A stretch of DNA of 28,597 nt. Source: a virus. Lineage: Duplodnaviria > Caudoviricetes. The stretch is from the IMG/VR virus record IMGVR_UViG_3300045580_000184, positions 1-28,597 of that record. One strand, written 5' to 3'. The translations under genes were made by a program, and so were the position numbers. Shown here piece by piece: positions 1-8,547 of this stretch. The notes beneath the pieces were generated by a model that had not been told where the DNA came from, searched no databases, and was given only the letters and a program-made list of their open reading frames with translations. Every line of letters begins with the position of its first letter. Position 1 is the stretch's first letter.

Positions 1-9
1 CCCCTAGGG

Positions 10-16
10 AGGACCC
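10..16 (-). other. cosQ-like packaging termination element (GGGTCCT)
   Basis: Minus strand reads AAACGGGTCCTCCCTAGGGG at the window edge; ACGGGTCCT matches the lambda cosQ context; lies just after the last late gene. Confidence 0.45.
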
Positions 17-17
17 G

Positions 18-89
18 TTTCTCATTTTTGAGAAACCTGCCAAAATGGCCGGTTTTCTCATTCGTGAGAAAGTTCTCGATCGTGAGAAA
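18..89. repeat. Three 18-bp palindromes TTTCTCA-N4-TGAGAAA
   Basis: Copies at 18-35, 54-71 and 72-89 (third GTTCTCG-ATCG-TGAGAAA); the last two are enclosed by inverted repeat AATGGCCG/CGGCCATT (44-51/92-99). Confidence 0.85.
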
Positions 90-109
90 TTCGGCCATTG
101 TGGCAGGCA

Positions 110-466
110 TTACACTGCCGCCACTTTGACATTAACCCGCGCCTGCTCTGTGCCTGCCACAGTGGTGAATGTGATTCTCAATGTGGTCGTCTGTTCGTCG
201 TCATCGCTCCCCGCTGTCCCTCCGGACAACGTGAAACTGATCCCGGTGTTCGATTCAATCGTGACAGCGTTTCCGTACTGGTCATAGTCGTTGGTGTCAG
301 CTGACAACACGGTCGCCCCGCTGATTGTCAGGGATGCGTCTGGGCTGGTCACACTGGTGACGCCCGTGATTGTCCGGCCTTTAATTGCCTCACCCAGATC
401 CACGTAATACGTTTTGGCTTCGCCGGTGTAGTGCAGCAACACTTGCCCATCCATGCAACACGTCAT
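110..466 (-). CDS. Putative virion accessory protein (Thr/Gly-rich beta-sandwich, possible fiber adaptor)
   Basis: ATGA overlap with upstream gene at 463-466; beta-strand-rich composition; last gene of late block. Confidence 0.55.
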   Translation of the reverse strand: MTCCMDGQVLLHYTGEAKTYYVDLGEAIKGRTITGVTSVTSPDASLTISGATVLSADTNDYDQYGNAVTIESNTGISFTLSGGTAGSDDDEQTTTLRITFTTVAGTEQARVNVKVAAV

Positions 467-681
467 CTCCACGGCCCTCCATTCACGATTCTGCCTCTGT
501 GCTCAATTGACGCTGTTCGTGTCCGCTGTCCTGCTGTCACCATGCGGCTTCTGTACTCGACTGCCACACCGTCACGTGCTGGCTCTGGTGACGGCGCAAC
601 GCCAGAATCAGCAAGCGCCCTCGAAGCCGCTCGCCAACCCTGCTGTGCATAGCCCCTCATGCTGTATCGGCCTGTGCTCAT
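463..681 (-). CDS. Hypothetical protein, 72 aa
   Basis: Fills the gap between flanking genes with tight coupling on both sides. Confidence 0.55.
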   Translation of the reverse strand: MSTGRYSMRGYAQQGWRAASRALADSGVAPSPEPARDGVAVEYRSRMVTAGQRTRTASIEHRGRIVNGGPWR

Positions 682-682
682 G

Positions 683-1771
683 TCATGCCTTCGTCAATGT
701 TGTGGTGCCACGCTTGCCCGACGCATCCAGCCCCGCATAATCAACCGTGAACGTGTTCCCATTGATTGCCAGCGTGTACGTCTCAGCAGCCGTCTGTGCA
801 TCACTGCAGGCCCCCACAAGTGCCGTCAGTGCATAGGCTATCCGGTCGTTTGCAATCAGCAGATTTTCAGCCGTGGCCAGCCCGCTCTGCAGCTTCGTCA
901 CTGCACTGGTGGCAATCGCCGCATCCGTCAGGACGTCAGTCTGAAATGCGTGCACGTCCGCTGCAATATGACCGCTGCCACCGCCTGTGATCTTAACCGC
1001 TCTCTGGTTGCTGTCGCTGATTAGAATTCTGTCACCAAACGACTCGTCAGTGTAGGTCGCAGACGGCATGGCGTTCCACACAGCGTCCCGCACCTCGTTT
1101 GCCGTTGGTGGTGTTACCGTCAGGCTGTAGCCTGTTTTGTCGTTGTTCGTGCCGACTGTGACCGCAGCCGTAACGCTCGCAACCGCCCCGCCTGCATAAC
1201 TGCTCACCGTCGCCGGAAACGTCGCCGCGAGGAATCCCGTCGGCTGCGTATATGTGGGCATGGGCATACCCGTCACCGTGACGCCGTTCCACTGGTCCAC
1301 GTTCGCCGTGACTCGTGCCGTAACGCTTGCCACTGCACCCGTCACGCTGCCAACTGCACCCGTAACTGATCCCACGGACCCGCTCACACTTGCGACCTGC
1401 TGCGTCGTGCTGATGGTCGTGCCGCTCAGGTTCACGGTCGTGGTTGCTGCCGTCACCTTTGACCAGTCCACGCCGCTGTAACCCGCCGTTGCACTTGCTG
1501 ACGTTGCCACGGTCACTTGTGCCGATGTGCTGGCTGACTTGTACACACCGACAATAAACGATTCCGCGTCCGTCTCTGCCTGCGTTGGCGCGTATGTCCA
1601 GATGCCTGAATCAGTGTCACACGCCAGCGTTCCAGACCCGCTGCCCCATGATCCAGTGCCGGTCTTAACTCGCACTGACGCGCCGGTCGTCTGAATCGTG
1701 CCGTCGGCCAGCAGATAGATTGCCCCGACTGCGACGATTGGCGGTGTTGCTGCGTTCCTCGGATAACTCAT
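683..1771 (-). CDS. Putative virion fiber-like protein
   Basis: Thr/Ala/Ser/Gly-rich 362 aa with heptad repeats VASVSGS-VGSVTGA-VGSVTGA-VASVTA; coupled to the LamG gene. Confidence 0.6.
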   Translation of the reverse strand: MSYPRNAATPPIVAVGAIYLLADGTIQTTGASVRVKTGTGSWGSGSGTLACDTDSGIWTYAPTQAETDAESFIVGVYKSASTSAQVTVATSASATAGYSGVDWSKVTAATTTVNLSGTTISTTQQVASVSGSVGSVTGAVGSVTGAVASVTARVTANVDQWNGVTVTGMPMPTYTQPTGFLAATFPATVSSYAGGAVASVTAAVTVGTNNDKTGYSLTVTPPTANEVRDAVWNAMPSATYTDESFGDRILISDSNQRAVKITGGGSGHIAADVHAFQTDVLTDAAIATSAVTKLQSGLATAENLLIANDRIAYALTALVGACSDAQTAAETYTLAINGNTFTVDYAGLDASGKRGTTTLTKA

Positions 1772-2595
1772 AGCGTTCCGCCTCCAATCACCTGACCACG
1801 ATTCACGAACAAATATGACTTCACCGCTGTCGGAACCTTAAACGCATACGATCGTCGCTGTGGTGTCAGCAGTCGCCCGAGACCTGACTGTCCCAATTGG
1901 TACAATTGCCAGATTTCTGCATCTGTCAGCACTCGTGCAAACATCGCCGTTTCACCAATTTGCCCGTTAAATGGTAAACTGACAGCGCCATTATTTAGCG
2001 ATGTACCGATACACAACGCCGCCGTGCCGGTTTGTATTGAGACAGGCGTGCCCGTTGAAGCAACAATTGTTGCGGATTGCCGTTTACCATTGATGAACAG
2101 TGATGCCTTATCGTTTGCCGCGGCGATTTGTGCGTCGAACGAAACCGCAATATGCACCCACCCTGCTGTTGTGAACTGATATGCAGCGCGAAGAAAACGA
2201 AACGCAGATGTATCAAGTGCTCCGTACCACACGAAATCCAGGCCGTCGTCATTTGCACGCAGAAAAAACTGTCTTTGCCCAGCGCCGGTGTCCAGCTTTG
2301 AAAAGTTAAGTTGATTGATATTTTGAGTGGTCCTGATCCACTGCGTAATCGTGAATCTTGCTGACGCTCCGGCGATAACATCATTCAGCCTATTGCCGAT
2401 GGTCACATGGTCATTTGTGCCGTCGTAGTCCAGATGCCATTTAGCGTTTGGCGATGCCACCCAATCGCTGCCCGCATCCATATTGGTCAGCGTGCCGTGG
2501 TTGCCACGCACGCTGCGGTCGAGCAGCGTGTAACCGCTCGGCCCCAGTGAAGGACACCACCCGCCCACCAGATTTTGGAGAAGGTTTCGGCTCAT
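1768..2595 (-). CDS. LamG / concanavalin A-like lectin domain protein
   Basis: LDYDGTNDHV...FTITQWIR...GWVHIAVSFD...LFING...FNGQIGETAMFARVLTDAEIWQLY is the typical Laminin_G_3 pattern. Confidence 0.85.
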   Translation of the reverse strand: MSRNLLQNLVGGWCPSLGPSGYTLLDRSVRGNHGTLTNMDAGSDWVASPNAKWHLDYDGTNDHVTIGNRLNDVIAGASARFTITQWIRTTQNINQLNFSKLDTGAGQRQFFLRANDDGLDFVWYGALDTSAFRFLRAAYQFTTAGWVHIAVSFDAQIAAANDKASLFINGKRQSATIVASTGTPVSIQTGTAALCIGTSLNNGAVSLPFNGQIGETAMFARVLTDAEIWQLYQLGQSGLGRLLTPQRRSYAFKVPTAVKSYLFVNRGQVIGGGTL

Positions 2596-3101
2596 GACTG
2601 GATTTGCGGGTAGACGCCGTAGTAAGAAATCTCGTGATCGCCTGCGGTGGCAGAGAATGCGGCATTCGTGTCATGCACCACAAACAACACAAACTTGGAC
2701 GGAAGGCCACCGAGAAATGCAGCCCGAGCACTGCGGCCCGAGAAATGATAAACCCGGTCTCCTGTATTGTTTGTTGCCATCGTGACGATAGGGAAGCAGA
2801 TGGCGTTCTTTATGTCTAAGGACGTGATCGTCTCGGCACTGTTTGTGCCGTCGAACACGTCGGGCCATCCACTGCCGTCCCACGCCACGGCCCAGACTTC
2901 GATTTGCCGCTTGTCGGTCAAGCCACTGGAGGCGACCTTGAACTTGCCGCTAAAAATGAAGTCCTCAAAGCCGTCGGTTGTGTTGTCGATTACAGATGTT
3001 TCAATGCCGGCGAGTCGGTTTGTGTCGGAAGCTAAAGACGCAACACCAGTGATTGTTAGCGTCTGGCGTGTGCCGTATTTGATCAACACGTTATTCGCCA
3101 T
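2592..3101 (-). CDS. Putative virion structural protein (beta-rich)
   Basis: 169 aa, coupled on both sides, adjacent to LamG gene. Confidence 0.6.
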   Translation of the reverse strand: MANNVLIKYGTRQTLTITGVASLASDTNRLAGIETSVIDNTTDGFEDFIFSGKFKVASSGLTDKRQIEVWAVAWDGSGWPDVFDGTNSAETITSLDIKNAICFPIVTMATNNTGDRVYHFSGRSARAAFLGGLPSKFVLFVVHDTNAAFSATAGDHEISYYGVYPQIQS

Positions 3102-3550
3102 CACGCACCTCCAGCAATCGCCCGACGGGCATTGATCACGTAACCGATTCCAACCTCACCGATGCCGACGGTATCAACCCACGGGACTGTTTTCACCGCC
3201 AATGCCGCAATCGCGTCTGCGTCTGCCTGTGTCAGCAGGTTGTGCTGGATCAGAATCGCGGATGCTGCAGAGACCGCCGCGTTTTGCAAGTCGATTGTGT
3301 CGCCCGCGTCCAGAAGTGCCATCAGCGTTGCGCAGGCGTCATATGGCGGTTCTGGTGCTGCGGTGTTGTCGCCGATACGCTTGATCGCGGCCAGCTTGCC
3401 GCGGCTCGCCAACGTCAACCGGATCTGTTGTGCCGGGACTGGTGCGGACTGCTGCACCGTCTTTGCGTTGACGGCGTCCGCTGCCTCCTGATCGCTCATA
3501 GTGGCATATTGCGGCTGCTTCAACTCGTCTATCAATGCCTGCTCGTTCAT
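3101..3550 (-). CDS. Hypothetical phage protein, 149 aa
   Basis: Coupled ORF, Ala-rich helical (YATMSDQEAADAVNAKTV). Confidence 0.7.
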   Translation of the reverse strand: MNEQALIDELKQPQYATMSDQEAADAVNAKTVQQSAPVPAQQIRLTLASRGKLAAIKRIGDNTAAPEPPYDACATLMALLDAGDTIDLQNAAVSAASAILIQHNLLTQADADAIAALAVKTVPWVDTVGIGEVGIGYVINARRAIAGGA

Positions 3551-3924
3551 TCTGTGACTGCCTGTTGCTGTGCTGGTGGCTTGCTCACAATCTCAATTTC
3601 GTCTGCAACCTGCCGGACTCGGTTTCCTGCCGTTCGCAGTATCATTTTCGCCCCGGCAATACTCTGCCGTGTCATGTTTGCCCGGTTCGCATCAATACCA
3701 CCGAACGCCGCTGCTTTGGCCTGACGGCATTCCCATAACCTGTCCAGGTTGAAGTCGATTCTGTTGCAGATATCGTCCAACTCGTTCGTCAGTTGGTCCA
3801 ACGCGTCCGTGTAGATTTCGCAACCAGGTTCTGGTGGTTCCGTCGCTGTACTTGGCTCGTTCATATCTGCGACCATCACAAGTGTCGACCACGTCTGACG
3901 CAACCAATCGTACACTGCCGCCAT
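3547..3924 (-). CDS. Hypothetical helical/coiled-coil protein
   Basis: ATG preceded by GAGGGGG; stop couples to ATG at 3550; overlaps upstream gene by 233 bp; start uncertain. Confidence 0.55.
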   Translation of the reverse strand: MAAVYDWLRQTWSTLVMVADMNEPSTATEPPEPGCEIYTDALDQLTNELDDICNRIDFNLDRLWECRQAKAAAFGGIDANRANMTRQSIAGAKMILRTAGNRVRQVADEIEIVSKPPAQQQAVTE

Positions 3925-4171
3925 TGTCCACCCCCTCTGCTTTCTTCGCAGCCACAAGGACCGCCAATTCCTGATTGACTTGCACCATCTCGTAATAGCC
4001 CCGCGTCAACGTCGCAGGGCACAGCACGCCCGTCAGTCCTGCCAGTATTCCGCCCAGCACCTGCCAGCGAAATGCCTTTTGCCGCCATGCCTCAACCGCA
4101 CACAAAACGCTGATAATCCCGCAGGCCCATGCCACGGTTGCGGTGTGGTAAAATTCAGTTGTGAAATCCAT
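3692..4171 (-). CDS. Membrane protein with two N-terminal TM segments (holin-like candidate)
   Basis: Hydrophobic TVAWACGIISVLCAV and VLGGILAGLTGVLC; TGATG coupling with upstream gene. Confidence 0.55.
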   Translation of the reverse strand: MDFTTEFYHTATVAWACGIISVLCAVEAWRQKAFRWQVLGGILAGLTGVLCPATLTRGYYEMVQVNQELAVLVAAKKAEGVDNGGSVRLVASDVVDTCDGRRYERAKYSDGTTRTWLRNLHGRVGPTDERVGRYLQQNRLQPGQVMGMPSGQSSGVRWY

Positions 4172-4380
4172 CACATGCCACCTTTGTAGAAACCATTCAG
4201 CGCGTACAGAATGATGGCAATCGCGATGGCGAAAACAACCGCCATCCACGATTTGCCCGTGTATTGTCCGATTGTCTGCAAAGTCCGATCCGTGATTCTG
4301 ACAGACAAGCCGGGCATGGTGAAATGAACCACCTCGCGGTCGTCTTCAGCATCGTCGTCAGGCTGCCCATCGTTTGCCAT
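4171..4380 (-). CDS. Small single-TM membrane protein
   Basis: Acidic N-terminus, hydrophobic WMAVVFAIAIAIILYAL. Confidence 0.65.
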   Translation of the reverse strand: MANDGQPDDDAEDDREVVHFTMPGLSVRITDRTLQTIGQYTGKSWMAVVFAIAIAIILYALNGFYKGGM

Positions 4381-4425
4381 CGCATTGTCCGGCCTGTGTC
4401 CGTTTTTGGAAATCTTCCCAGAATG

Positions 4426-4878
4426 CTACAGATTTTTTCCCGCCCGTGCAACATGCGCCGCCTTGACCCTGTCCAGCAGGCTCCCCACGGTGCCCTTCTG
4501 GTATCCCGTGACCGTCTGCATTTTGCCGTCTGCTCCCGTCCACCGCATCGCCGGAACACGATCCGAGAACCGCACCCAACGGACCTCAACCCCCGTGTTT
4601 CCGAGTGCCTGCAGATCGGCTTTCAGCACCTGGCACGGCCCGCACCACGTCTCGCTGTGGATTTCGAGCACTGGCAGAGACTCCGCAGTTGTCGCTGATT
4701 CTGCGACGGCTGGCGTTTCGAGTGCCTGCACCCGTCGTTCCAGATCGCTGACACGTGCCGCCAGTGTGGCCACGTCCGCAACGCGGGACGGTGTTGGTTC
4801 GTCGCTCATAATATGCGGCAACTCGATCGCTAACGCAAGCAAAAACAACCACCCAAAACCTATCGCAAAATCCCTCAT
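4426..4878 (-). CDS. Membrane-anchored/exported thioredoxin-like protein
   Basis: N-terminal hydrophobic segment, short coiled coil, then LEIHSETWCGPCQVLK and later RVP (cis-Pro position). Confidence 0.8.
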   Translation of the reverse strand: MRDFAIGFGWLFLLALAIELPHIMSDEPTPSRVADVATLAARVSDLERRVQALETPAVAESATTAESLPVLEIHSETWCGPCQVLKADLQALGNTGVEVRWVRFSDRVPAMRWTGADGKMQTVTGYQKGTVGSLLDRVKAAHVARAGKNL

Positions 4879-5735
4879 GCAAAATACCCCCCGCCTTGCG
4901 TGATTCTGTCATACCGTTCGACCATCTTGTCCGGTGTCAGCAGGTATGCGCCAAACGGCTCCCATTTCGCTTTCTGCAGTTGGTCATACGCTCGCCGACT
5001 CATCAGGTAATACCCATCACCGTGAGAATTCCAGACGGCCAGATACCACGTACCCCTGACCTCAACCGCCCACAGGATCTCCGTTGCGTGTCCGCCGCCC
5101 GATGTGGGCATTTTATCCATCACCCGCTTCGGCGCACCCGGCACCTGTTGCCAGTCCACGCCCCACTTCGTCCCGATGTGGCCTGTGGCACCCGCAGCCA
5201 GACTGGCCAGAAGGTCGTCCCAGTCGGGCATGTCGCCGACCTCGGTAACGTTGCAGTTCTCAGTTTGCAAGTCCTTCGCGTATCTCTCGAATTCACTCGC
5301 TCGCCGGCAGTAACGCGAATACGGCCAGTCCGCTTCTGTGCAGATCCCCGGTCCCACACCCAACCGCGGAAGGCCCTCGACCTGCACCCGCACTCCGCTG
5401 TGGATGCTGGTCCCTGCATCTCCGCCCACGTTGCTCGGTGCCATCGCGTATTCGCTGGCGTTGTACGCGTAAATCTCCGACAGCACTGGCATTGTCTGCC
5501 GCCCGCTTGCGTACCACGTCCGACACTCGGCCCCGTTCGCAGCTGCGTTGCCCTGGCAATCGTTGCGCCTCTGTGTCTCCACCTGCATGACGCTTAGCGG
5601 ACTGTTCGCGGGATCTCTCAGCACGTCCAGATAGCCGCTGAAATCGGACGCCCGAACGCGCACCGATCGCAATCGGCTGACAGCCTCACGCTCCGCATCA
5701 GTTGGCTGTGGTAGTATTGCCTGTGGTTCTGCCAC
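4875..5735 (-). CDS. Papain-like (C1 family) cysteine peptidase
   Basis: QRRNDCQGNA (Gln/Cys), LSEIYAY, GICTEADWPY, GGGHA (His), VWNSHG (Asn); GTG start with AGGAGG. Confidence 0.8.
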   Translation of the reverse strand: MAEPQAILPQPTDAEREAVSRLRSVRVRASDFSGYLDVLRDPANSPLSVMQVETQRRNDCQGNAAANGAECRTWYASGRQTMPVLSEIYAYNASEYAMAPSNVGGDAGTSIHSGVRVQVEGLPRLGVGPGICTEADWPYSRYCRRASEFERYAKDLQTENCNVTEVGDMPDWDDLLASLAAGATGHIGTKWGVDWQQVPGAPKRVMDKMPTSGGGHATEILWAVEVRGTWYLAVWNSHGDGYYLMSRRAYDQLQKAKWEPFGAYLLTPDKMVERYDRITQGGGYFA

Positions 5736-6417
5736 GGCTGTACCTCCTGATGTATTGCGAGTGCTTTTCCGCTGTCCAGTTTTCGCCACCAAACACGACC
5801 GACTCAGCCCGCAGCAGTGGAAGAAACGCCTGTTTCCGTGCCTCCTGACCGGCCACCGCGAACCAATCGGCAGCCGCCTTTTCAGTCGTGATTTCGCCCG
5901 ATTCCAGACGGTCTGCCAGCTCGCCCTGCGCTGCTCGCCACGATTTTTCGTACTGCCGGAACGCCGCTGCAACATCATCCGCTGGAGGCTGCGGCCTGTT
6001 GTCGGGTGGTGTTGTCTCTGCTGCAGTCACATTGAGAATCCGCCGCTTCAAGTCTGTTAGATCTGCTGACCCCGCTGGCAGAATCAGCAGCTCTGCAGTG
6101 CCTGCAGCCAGACCACGCACGACGTAACCATTCGCACGGGTGACCGTCTTTTCCTCCAATGATTTCCCACCGGCAAACCGGCTGAAAATGACGGCTCCCT
6201 GTTGCGCTGGTGTCACCTGCAGGACGCCCGCAGGACTCGCCAGAATCACCAGTGCAATGTCCGACTGGATCAGGTATAGCTGATCCGTGGCAAACGTGTC
6301 TACGCTCGGCTGTGGCTGCGTGTCATCGACCACAACCGGCGAAGGTGCAGGAGGCTCGGGGAACTCAATCGCGTTGCCATCCTGCAGCATTGTCAGCAGC
6401 AGCAGTAACGCCCTCAT
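5698..6417 (-). CDS. Exported protein with Pro-rich linkers
   Basis: MRALLLLLTML signal-like start; EPPAPSP and PPDNRPQPP linkers; ATGA coupling. Confidence 0.65.
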   Translation of the reverse strand: MRALLLLLTMLQDGNAIEFPEPPAPSPVVVDDTQPQPSVDTFATDQLYLIQSDIALVILASPAGVLQVTPAQQGAVIFSRFAGGKSLEEKTVTRANGYVVRGLAAGTAELLILPAGSADLTDLKRRILNVTAAETTPPDNRPQPPADDVAAAFRQYEKSWRAAQGELADRLESGEITTEKAAADWFAVAGQEARKQAFLPLLRAESVVFGGENWTAEKHSQYIRRYSRGRTTGNTTTAN

Positions 6418-6875
6418 GTGATGCCACACTCAGCGCACAACGCAGCCGCATCGCGTGCGGGCATGGTCGCTGCCTCGGTGTGGATCTTGTCCGCCAACCG
6501 GCCGGCGGAATCGTAGTCGATGGCAAACCGCCCCAAATCCGCCGGAATGCCTGTCTGGCGTGCTCGCCTGCGTTCTGCCACGGCCCCGCGTTTGCACTCC
6601 TGCAGAATGCGAGTCTGCAGGGCTGCCACGTTTTTCGCCCGCGCCTTCGGCTCTGCGTGTGCCGCTGCAATCTGCTGCTGCGGCGTCTGGTCCTGTTGTT
6701 TTCGCCGATCCCGGCAGGACTGAAACCATTGTACCAGCATCGGCAAAATGGTCGTGATGAGTGTGGTGATCGTAATGGGATCAATCGCGACTCTGTCGCC
6801 GTCCTCATTGCTGCCGGTCAGACCGCCACACTTGCCCGTCACCGATGTCGCGAATTTCTGCGCCGCCTTACCCAT
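6414..6875 (-). CDS. Hypothetical protein with one hydrophobic segment; first gene of late block
   Basis: ATG preceded by GGAGGG; IDPITITTLITTILPMLV hydrophobic stretch. Confidence 0.65.
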   Translation of the reverse strand: MGKAAQKFATSVTGKCGGLTGSNEDGDRVAIDPITITTLITTILPMLVQWFQSCRDRRKQQDQTPQQQIAAAHAEPKARAKNVAALQTRILQECKRGAVAERRRARQTGIPADLGRFAIDYDSAGRLADKIHTEAATMPARDAAALCAECGIT

Positions 6876-6904
6876 ACCAACGCCCTCCGTAATCCCACCA
6901 CAGG

Positions 6905-6957
6905 AATAGAAATCGCGGCTGCCGTATGGTGCGCCCGGAGGTGGCACGGCAGCCGCG
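6905..6957 (-). terminator. Terminator/attenuator-like hairpin in late leader
   Basis: Stem 6945-6957 / 6914-6926 (12 WC + 1 GU) followed by AUUUCUAUU, an imperfect U-tract. Confidence 0.55.
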
Positions 6958-6958
6958 C

Positions 6959-7002
6959 GGCCGTCCTGGCCCTGTGATTGTGTGGCGTCCTGCCGTCCTC
7001 CG
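6959..7002 (-). promoter_or_regulatory. CsrA/Rsm-type GGA binding sites
   Basis: CGGAGGACG (6994-7002), GGC-AGGAC-GCC (6984-6994), GGCC-AGGAC-GGCC (6959-6971); two CAGGACG motifs in hairpin loops. Confidence 0.6.
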
Positions 7003-7011
7003 TTGCTGCCC

Positions 7012-7040
7012 ATTGTGGCCACGGGATTCCGGATTGTCAA
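7012..7040 (-). promoter_or_regulatory. sigma70-like promoter for late block
   Basis: TTGACA-N17-CACAAT immediately after the stop of ORF 7046-7381. Confidence 0.6.
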
Positions 7041-7045
7041 CAGGT

Positions 7046-7381
7046 TCAACGATCTGGCCTCCACTCGAACCCCTGCCCGGACTCCTGCACGGCCTCATGT
7101 ACTCGCCGCCAATGTGTCACGTGTTTTGACCACTCCCAGCCCAGCACCCCTCCGAGCGCACCTTTGTATTGATAGTACACGGTCTGGTGTGTCCACGATG
7201 TCCCGATCACCCAAACCGCGTCCGTGCCGGTCCAATACCACCCCGGCTGGATCGGCTCCGGCTGCCCGTGTGATTCGCTGATGTCCTTGCCCGTTTCGTC
7301 AATCGTTCGTTGTGTCATTCGTGCCCTCGCTCTCTGTTGTGCCTGTTCGAGTAACGCCCTGTCCGCATCGCTCAGCCCCAT
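7046..7381 (-). CDS. Hypothetical protein (Trp-rich, PGWYW...VTHWR)
   Basis: Overlaps DnaB stop; typical small phage protein; start uncertain. Confidence 0.6.
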   Translation of the reverse strand: MGLSDADRALLEQAQQRARARMTQRTIDETGKDISESHGQPEPIQPGWYWTGTDAVWVIGTSWTHQTVYYQYKGALGGVLGWEWSKHVTHWRRVHEAVQESGQGFEWRPDR

Positions 7382-8547
7382 CGGTCGTACTCCTGAAATC
7401 TGTCATCCTGCACAAACTGATACCGTGCCCCATCCAACTGCAGATCCAGCCGCCCGGTTTTGCCCCTGCGATGTTTCGCCACCTCCACGGATGTCTTGCC
7501 CGAATCTGCGTCCTTGTGAAGCAAAATCACGATGTCTGCGTCCTGTTCAATCGCCCCGGACTCCCGCAGGTCATGCAAACCGGGTTTGCCCGACTTCTCC
7601 GCGTTCCGGTTTAGCTGGCTCCCGACAATGACCGGCAATTGCAGATCCAGTGCCAGCCGCTTCATTTGCCGCGAAGCTTTGGCGATTTCGCGTTCCCGGC
7701 CTTCCCGGCTGTTGCCTGGGACTTCGAGCAATTGCAGGTAGTCTATCGCCACGCCGCACAATTTCATCCGCCTGGCTGTGACGCTGACCAGTGCCGTGAT
7801 GGCCCCCAGATTGCTCGTGCTGTCGATGTACCGCAGATTGAGGGAAGATAGCTGCTGCTCGCTGTATCGCGTTCTCAGCCGCTCCACAAGCTCGTGCGCC
7901 AACATTTCCAGACTGACCACCAATCCGGCCTGCGCTGCGGACACTGACCCCAGCAGCATCTGCATCATCAGGACCGATTTGCCGCTGCCCGGTCGGCCAC
8001 CCACCACGATCAGTTGCCCCGCCCGCAATCCGCCGCCCAGCAGCTCATCCAGGGGCCTCAGTCCGGTCGGATGCACCGCCGTGGGATTCTGCCTCTCGTG
8101 GTTCGCTCGTGCAATCGCGTCGGCCTGCGTCACCAGTTCGGCCTGCTGCCGGTTCCGCAGTTCGTCCAGTTTGGTGATGTAATCGTCGATGTCCGGCTGC
8201 AGATCCCGCCCGAGTGCCGTCCCGAGTGCCCGGACGTCATCAATCTCATTCAGCCGCTGTAGCTGCTCGCAGTAGTACGGGATGTGAGCACACTCAAACC
8301 GTGCCGCCTGCAGCCCCAGCAGCACCTGCAGATTCAGCCGGCTTCGCTGGCATTCATCAATGATCGTGTCCAGATCGAACGGCTCGGACTGCTCCGCCCG
8401 TCTCTGCAGGATCTGCCAATATCCGGCCTTGTCGGGGTCGCGAATCGGTCGCGGTTGTGTCCGTGCCTGGATCTCCGCAACGAACTCAGGCCCGCACAAC
8501 GCAGCGCACAGCAGCCCGGTTTCGATTGTTTCTCTGTTTGCGATCAT
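7372..8547 (-). CDS. dnaB: DnaB-like replicative helicase
   Basis: GGRPGSGKS Walker A, SLEM, IDYLQL, SQLNR, DLRESGAIEQDAD, VAKHRRG; ATGA overlap at 8544-8547. Confidence 0.95.
   Translation of the reverse strand: MIANRETIETGLLCAALCGPEFVAEIQARTQPRPIRDPDKAGYWQILQRRAEQSEPFDLDTIIDECQRSRLNLQVLLGLQAARFECAHIPYYCEQLQRLNEIDDVRALGTALGRDLQPDIDDYITKLDELRNRQQAELVTQADAIARANHERQNPTAVHPTGLRPLDELLGGGLRAGQLIVVGGRPGSGKSVLMMQMLLGSVSAAQAGLVVSLEMLAHELVERLRTRYSEQQLSSLNLRYIDSTSNLGAITALVSVTARRMKLCGVAIDYLQLLEVPGNSREGREREIAKASRQMKRLALDLQLPVIVGSQLNRNAEKSGKPGLHDLRESGAIEQDADIVILLHKDADSGKTSVEVAKHRRGKTGRLDLQLDGARYQFVQDDRFQEYDRWG

Noticed and set aside
1305-1400. 21-bp-period DNA repeats
   Set aside because: Explained by protein heptad repeats (VGSVTGA) with synonymous variation
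4381-4425. Possible promoter TTCCAA-N16-GACAAT before ORF 4171-4380
   Set aside because: Both hexamers are weak and the ATG is only 3 nt after the -10
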